A stretch of 64,000 nucleotides of DNA from Eubacteriales bacterium. GTDB taxonomy: Bacteria; Bacillota; Clostridia; Oscillospirales; JAAYXM01. Each line of letters begins with the position of its first letter. The first letter of the stretch is position 1. The stretch covers positions 58,013 to 122,012 of the forward strand of contig JAZQDV010000013.1 of NCBI GenBank assembly GCA_045546975.1, in the 5' to 3' direction. The translations under genes and the position numbers were made by a program. Positions 61,287 through 64,000 of the stretch are shown one piece after another. A model generated the notes under the pieces. It worked only from the letters and a program-made list of their open reading frames with translations. It was not told where the DNA came from and made no database searches.

Positions 61287-61985
61287 TTATTTTTTTAAGG
61301 CTTCCATTCTGGCGGCAAGCCCCTTACCAACATTCTGAAGCACGGACAAAAGCGACTGCATAAGCACAGGGTATTCCTTCGCTATATACTCCTGCGAAAG
61401 CTCGGGAAGCTCGGTAACGCTCTCGCCCTCTGCCTCTATGCCCTCCGCTTCGCGCTTTATGCTCATCGCAGAAAGCGAAAGCTCGGCGTTTGTAAGCTCA
61501 GGCCAGAGATTTTCGTTTACGGAAAAGAACTTTTCATCGTTCTTTCCCTTTGCCGCATACAGTGTGCGGAAAACCTTATAGACCGCAACATTGAAAAATG
61601 CGGCGGTATCGGTTATAAGCTTCTTGTTCTTAGATTTGCCGACTATGTCGAAAATTATACTGAGCGAGTTGATTATAAGCTTCTTATTGAGCGTTGCCAT
61701 CATGCTTCCTCGCAGAACATTGTCCTTATCCTCGGAGCTGTCGGGCAAATCCTCTGCCGTGATGGTATAGTCCTCTCTCGACATGGTTCTGCCGAGCAGA
61801 AAATCAGTCGATACCTTATAATAATCCGCAACCCTTGCAACAAAGTCAAGCCCCGGCTCACGAAGCCCGTTTTCGTAGTGAGAAAGAACAGCCTGAGAAA
61901 CGCCAAGCTCTTTTGCAACGGAACGCTGACTGAGTCCCTTTTCCTTTCGGAGCAGAGAAATAGTCCTCGGAAAATTCGTGTTCAT
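61287..61985 (-). CDS. XRE family HTH transcriptional regulator with uncharacterised C-terminal domain
   Basis: The start is MNTNFPRTISLLRKEKGLSQRSVAKELGVSQAVLSHYENG (Cro/C1 HTH). About 160 further residues belong to no family I recognise. Confidence 0.7.
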   Translation of the reverse strand: MNTNFPRTISLLRKEKGLSQRSVAKELGVSQAVLSHYENGLREPGLDFVARVADYYKVSTDFLLGRTMSREDYTITAEDLPDSSEDKDNVLRGSMMATLNKKLIINSLSIIFDIVGKSKNKKLITDTAAFFNVAVYKVFRTLYAAKGKNDEKFFSVNENLWPELTNAELSLSAMSIKREAEGIEAEGESVTELPELSQEYIAKEYPVLMQSLLSVLQNVGKGLAARMEALKK

Positions 61986-62117
61986 ATTAAAAAATCCCCC
62001 CAAAATTCGAAACAGTGCGTATATTATACATCATATTATACAGTTTGTAAAGTAAAAAATTTGAAAAACAAGAAAATTTATGCTATACTATCCGACATAA
62101 GAGGAAGTGGTCATTTT

Positions 62118-63335
62118 ATGAAAGAAAAACTCAAATGCGGTCTTCTCGGTGAAAAACTCGGACACAGCTACTCAAAGCAGATTCATGCCTGCCTTGCGGA
62201 TTATGAATATGAGCTGTATGCCGTTTCCCGTGAACGTGCGGCAGAAATGATAAAGGGCGGAGAGCTTGACGGACTGAACGTAACAATTCCGTATAAGGAG
62301 CTTGCATACTCGCTCTGCGACGAGCTTTGCGACTTTGCAAAGGCGGCAAAGAGCGTCAACACCGTTGTACACCGTCAGGGCAAAATTTACGGTGCGAACA
62401 CCGACGTTTTCGGCTTCATTTCAATGGTGGAGCATGCCGGAATATCGTTTCGGGGAAAATCTGTTATCATCCTCGGCAGCGGCGGCACCTCAAAAACCGC
62501 ACGCATTGCCGCAAAGACGATGGGTGCCGAAAAAGTCCGCGTTGTTTCACGCTCGGGAGAGATAAACTATGACAACGTATACTCTCTCACCGATACCGAA
62601 ATTATCGTAAACACCACCCCCGTCGGCATGTACCCTAACAACGGAAGCGCCCCTGTTGACCTTTCACGGTTTCCTTTATGCGAGGGCGTTGTCGATGTAA
62701 TATACAACCCGACGAAAACGAAACTGATTCTTGATGCAGAGCGGCTGGGTATCCCTTGTGTCAGCGGTCTGCGCATGCTTGCGGCACAGGCAAAGCGTGC
62801 AGCCGAAATTTTTCTTGACAAATCGCTTCCCGACTCACTTATTGATGTCGCTGAAAAGAATGTCTTTTCAACTGTTTCAAATATAATTCTCATAGGTATG
62901 CCCGGCAGCGGAAAATCCACCGTTGCAAAGCTTGTTGCGAAAACACTGGGTCGCACGCTTGTTGATACGGACGAGGTTATCCGTGACCGCTTCGGTGCTC
63001 CGTCGGAGATTATCACAAGCCAAGGTGAAGACGAATTCCGAAGGCTTGAAACCGAGGTTATTGCAGAGCTTGGAAAAGAGAGCGGTCTTGTCATTTCCAC
63101 CGGCGGCGGAATTGTTGAAAGAGAAGAAAACTATTCGCATCTTACCCAGAACGGACGCATTTTTCTTATCGAGCGAAAGCTTTCGCTCCTTGCAAGAGAC
63201 GACCGTCCTCTTTCAACAGATGTTTCCGCTTTGTATGAGAGGCGGCGTGAAAAATACAACCGCTTTGCAGATGTGAAAATCGACAACAACTTATCCCCCG
63301 AAAAAGCTGCGGAAAGTATTATAAGCCTTTTTTAA
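62118..63335 (+). CDS. Fused shikimate dehydrogenase / shikimate kinase
   Basis: The N-terminal half has AroE motifs (GLNVTIPYK, NTDVFG, GSGGTSK, NTTPVGM). The C-terminal half has AroK motifs (GMPGSGKST, DTD, STGGG). ATG at 62118 follows GAGGAAG. Confidence 0.85.
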   Translation: MKEKLKCGLLGEKLGHSYSKQIHACLADYEYELYAVSRERAAEMIKGGELDGLNVTIPYKELAYSLCDELCDFAKAAKSVNTVVHRQGKIYGANTDVFGFISMVEHAGISFRGKSVIILGSGGTSKTARIAAKTMGAEKVRVVSRSGEINYDNVYSLTDTEIIVNTTPVGMYPNNGSAPVDLSRFPLCEGVVDVIYNPTKTKLILDAERLGIPCVSGLRMLAAQAKRAAEIFLDKSLPDSLIDVAEKNVFSTVSNIILIGMPGSGKSTVAKLVAKTLGRTLVDTDEVIRDRFGAPSEIITSQGEDEFRRLETEVIAELGKESGLVISTGGGIVEREENYSHLTQNGRIFLIERKLSLLARDDRPLSTDVSALYERRREKYNRFADVKIDNNLSPEKAAESIISLF

Positions 63336-63443
63336 ACAAAAAAGTGTAAAAAAGGGCAAATTATTGTGTATGCCCTTGAATATTACGGTAAAAAAGAGTA
63401 TACTGAATTAGAATATTTGTGAGAAAGGAAAAAATAAATTATT

Positions 63444-64000
63444 ATGATAAAAGTAGCTCTTATCGGCTGCGGAAAAATAAGCCGCGGTCACTTAAATGCT
63501 TTTAAAACAATTGACGATGCAAAAATAGTTGCCGCCTGCGACCTTGCAGAGGAAAACCTCAAGGCAGTCTGTGACGAAACGGGTGCTGCCCCATATACAG
63601 ATTACAAGCAGATGATAAAAGAGCTTGCAAACGAGCTTGACCTTGCCATCATCACACTTCCCCACGGTCTTCACGGTGAAGCTACCTGCTTCTGCGCAGA
63701 GCACGGCGTTGATGTATTTCTTGAAAAACCCATGGGCATTGACTCTGACGACTGTAAGAGGATGATTGAGGCTTGCGAAAAGGCAGGCGTTATGCTCTGG
63801 GTCGGCCATCTCCAGAAATATATGCCGCACAACGTTTTTGTAAAAAGTCTTATCGACTCCGGCGAGCTCGGCGAGCTTGTCAGCTACTCCGAAACGAGAA
63901 ACTGCAATTACTTTTCTGATGACCGTCCGCGCTGGTTCCTCTCAAAGAAGATGTCCGGCGGCGGAATCATGATAAACCTCGGCGCACATGCACTTGATAA
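63444..64000 (+). CDS. Gfo/Idh/MocA family oxidoreductase, copy 4 (partial, runs off the window)
   Basis: My translation is MIKVALIGCGKISRGHL...LEKPMG...RPRWFLSKKMSGGGIMINLGAHALD. It is a clear paralogue of the 7738-8682 product. It is not in the ORF track because no stop lies in the window. Confidence 0.8.
   Translation, partial: MIKVALIGCGKISRGHLNAFKTIDDAKIVAACDLAEENLKAVCDETGAAPYTDYKQMIKELANELDLAIITLPHGLHGEATCFCAEHGVDVFLEKPMGIDSDDCKRMIEACEKAGVMLWVGHLQKYMPHNVFVKSLIDSGELGELVSYSETRNCNYFSDDRPRWFLSKKMSGGGIMINLGAHALD

Overview
This window is the replication-origin neighbourhood of a Firmicutes/Clostridia-type chromosome, by eye roughly 50% GC. The conserved core is rpmH-rnpA-yidD-yidC-jag on the minus strand and dnaA-dnaN-recF-remB(DUF370)-gyrB-gyrA on the plus strand. 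The dnaA-dnaN spacer holds a DnaA-box cluster and an AT-rich unwinding region. Also present are soj/parA-spo0J/parB with two perfect parS sites, serS, mnmG-rsmG, rnhA, nifS-nifU and four tRNAs (Arg-CCT, Leu-GAG, Tyr-GTA, Thr-TGT). The left third is accessory. It carries a GH95 fucosidase-like gene, an AraC regulator and three consecutive pairs of xylose-isomerase-like TIM barrel plus Gfo/Idh/MocA oxidoreductase. It also carries a lipoprotein/MBOAT/DHHW envelope-acylation module, two tandem paralogous ~1050-aa SLH-domain (S-layer type) proteins, and a galactoside-type sugar ABC transporter. The items most worth a second look are listed here.
- The TIM/oxidoreductase cluster may be an oxidative glycoside-processing locus.
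- A P-type ATPase homologue with most catalytic motifs degenerated is tightly coupled to a CYTH protein.
- A 26-bp perfect direct repeat brackets an AT-rich two-gene cassette (SLOG-like plus ribbon-helix-helix) inserted at the 3' end of rsmG.
- A structured interspersed repeat family occurs in three intergenic copies.
- Both tRNA-Arg and tRNA-Leu have partial duplicate copies nearby.
No CRISPR array, transposase, integrase or recognisable defence system was seen. All protein calls rest on motif and family recognition by eye from the supplied translations. No database search was run.
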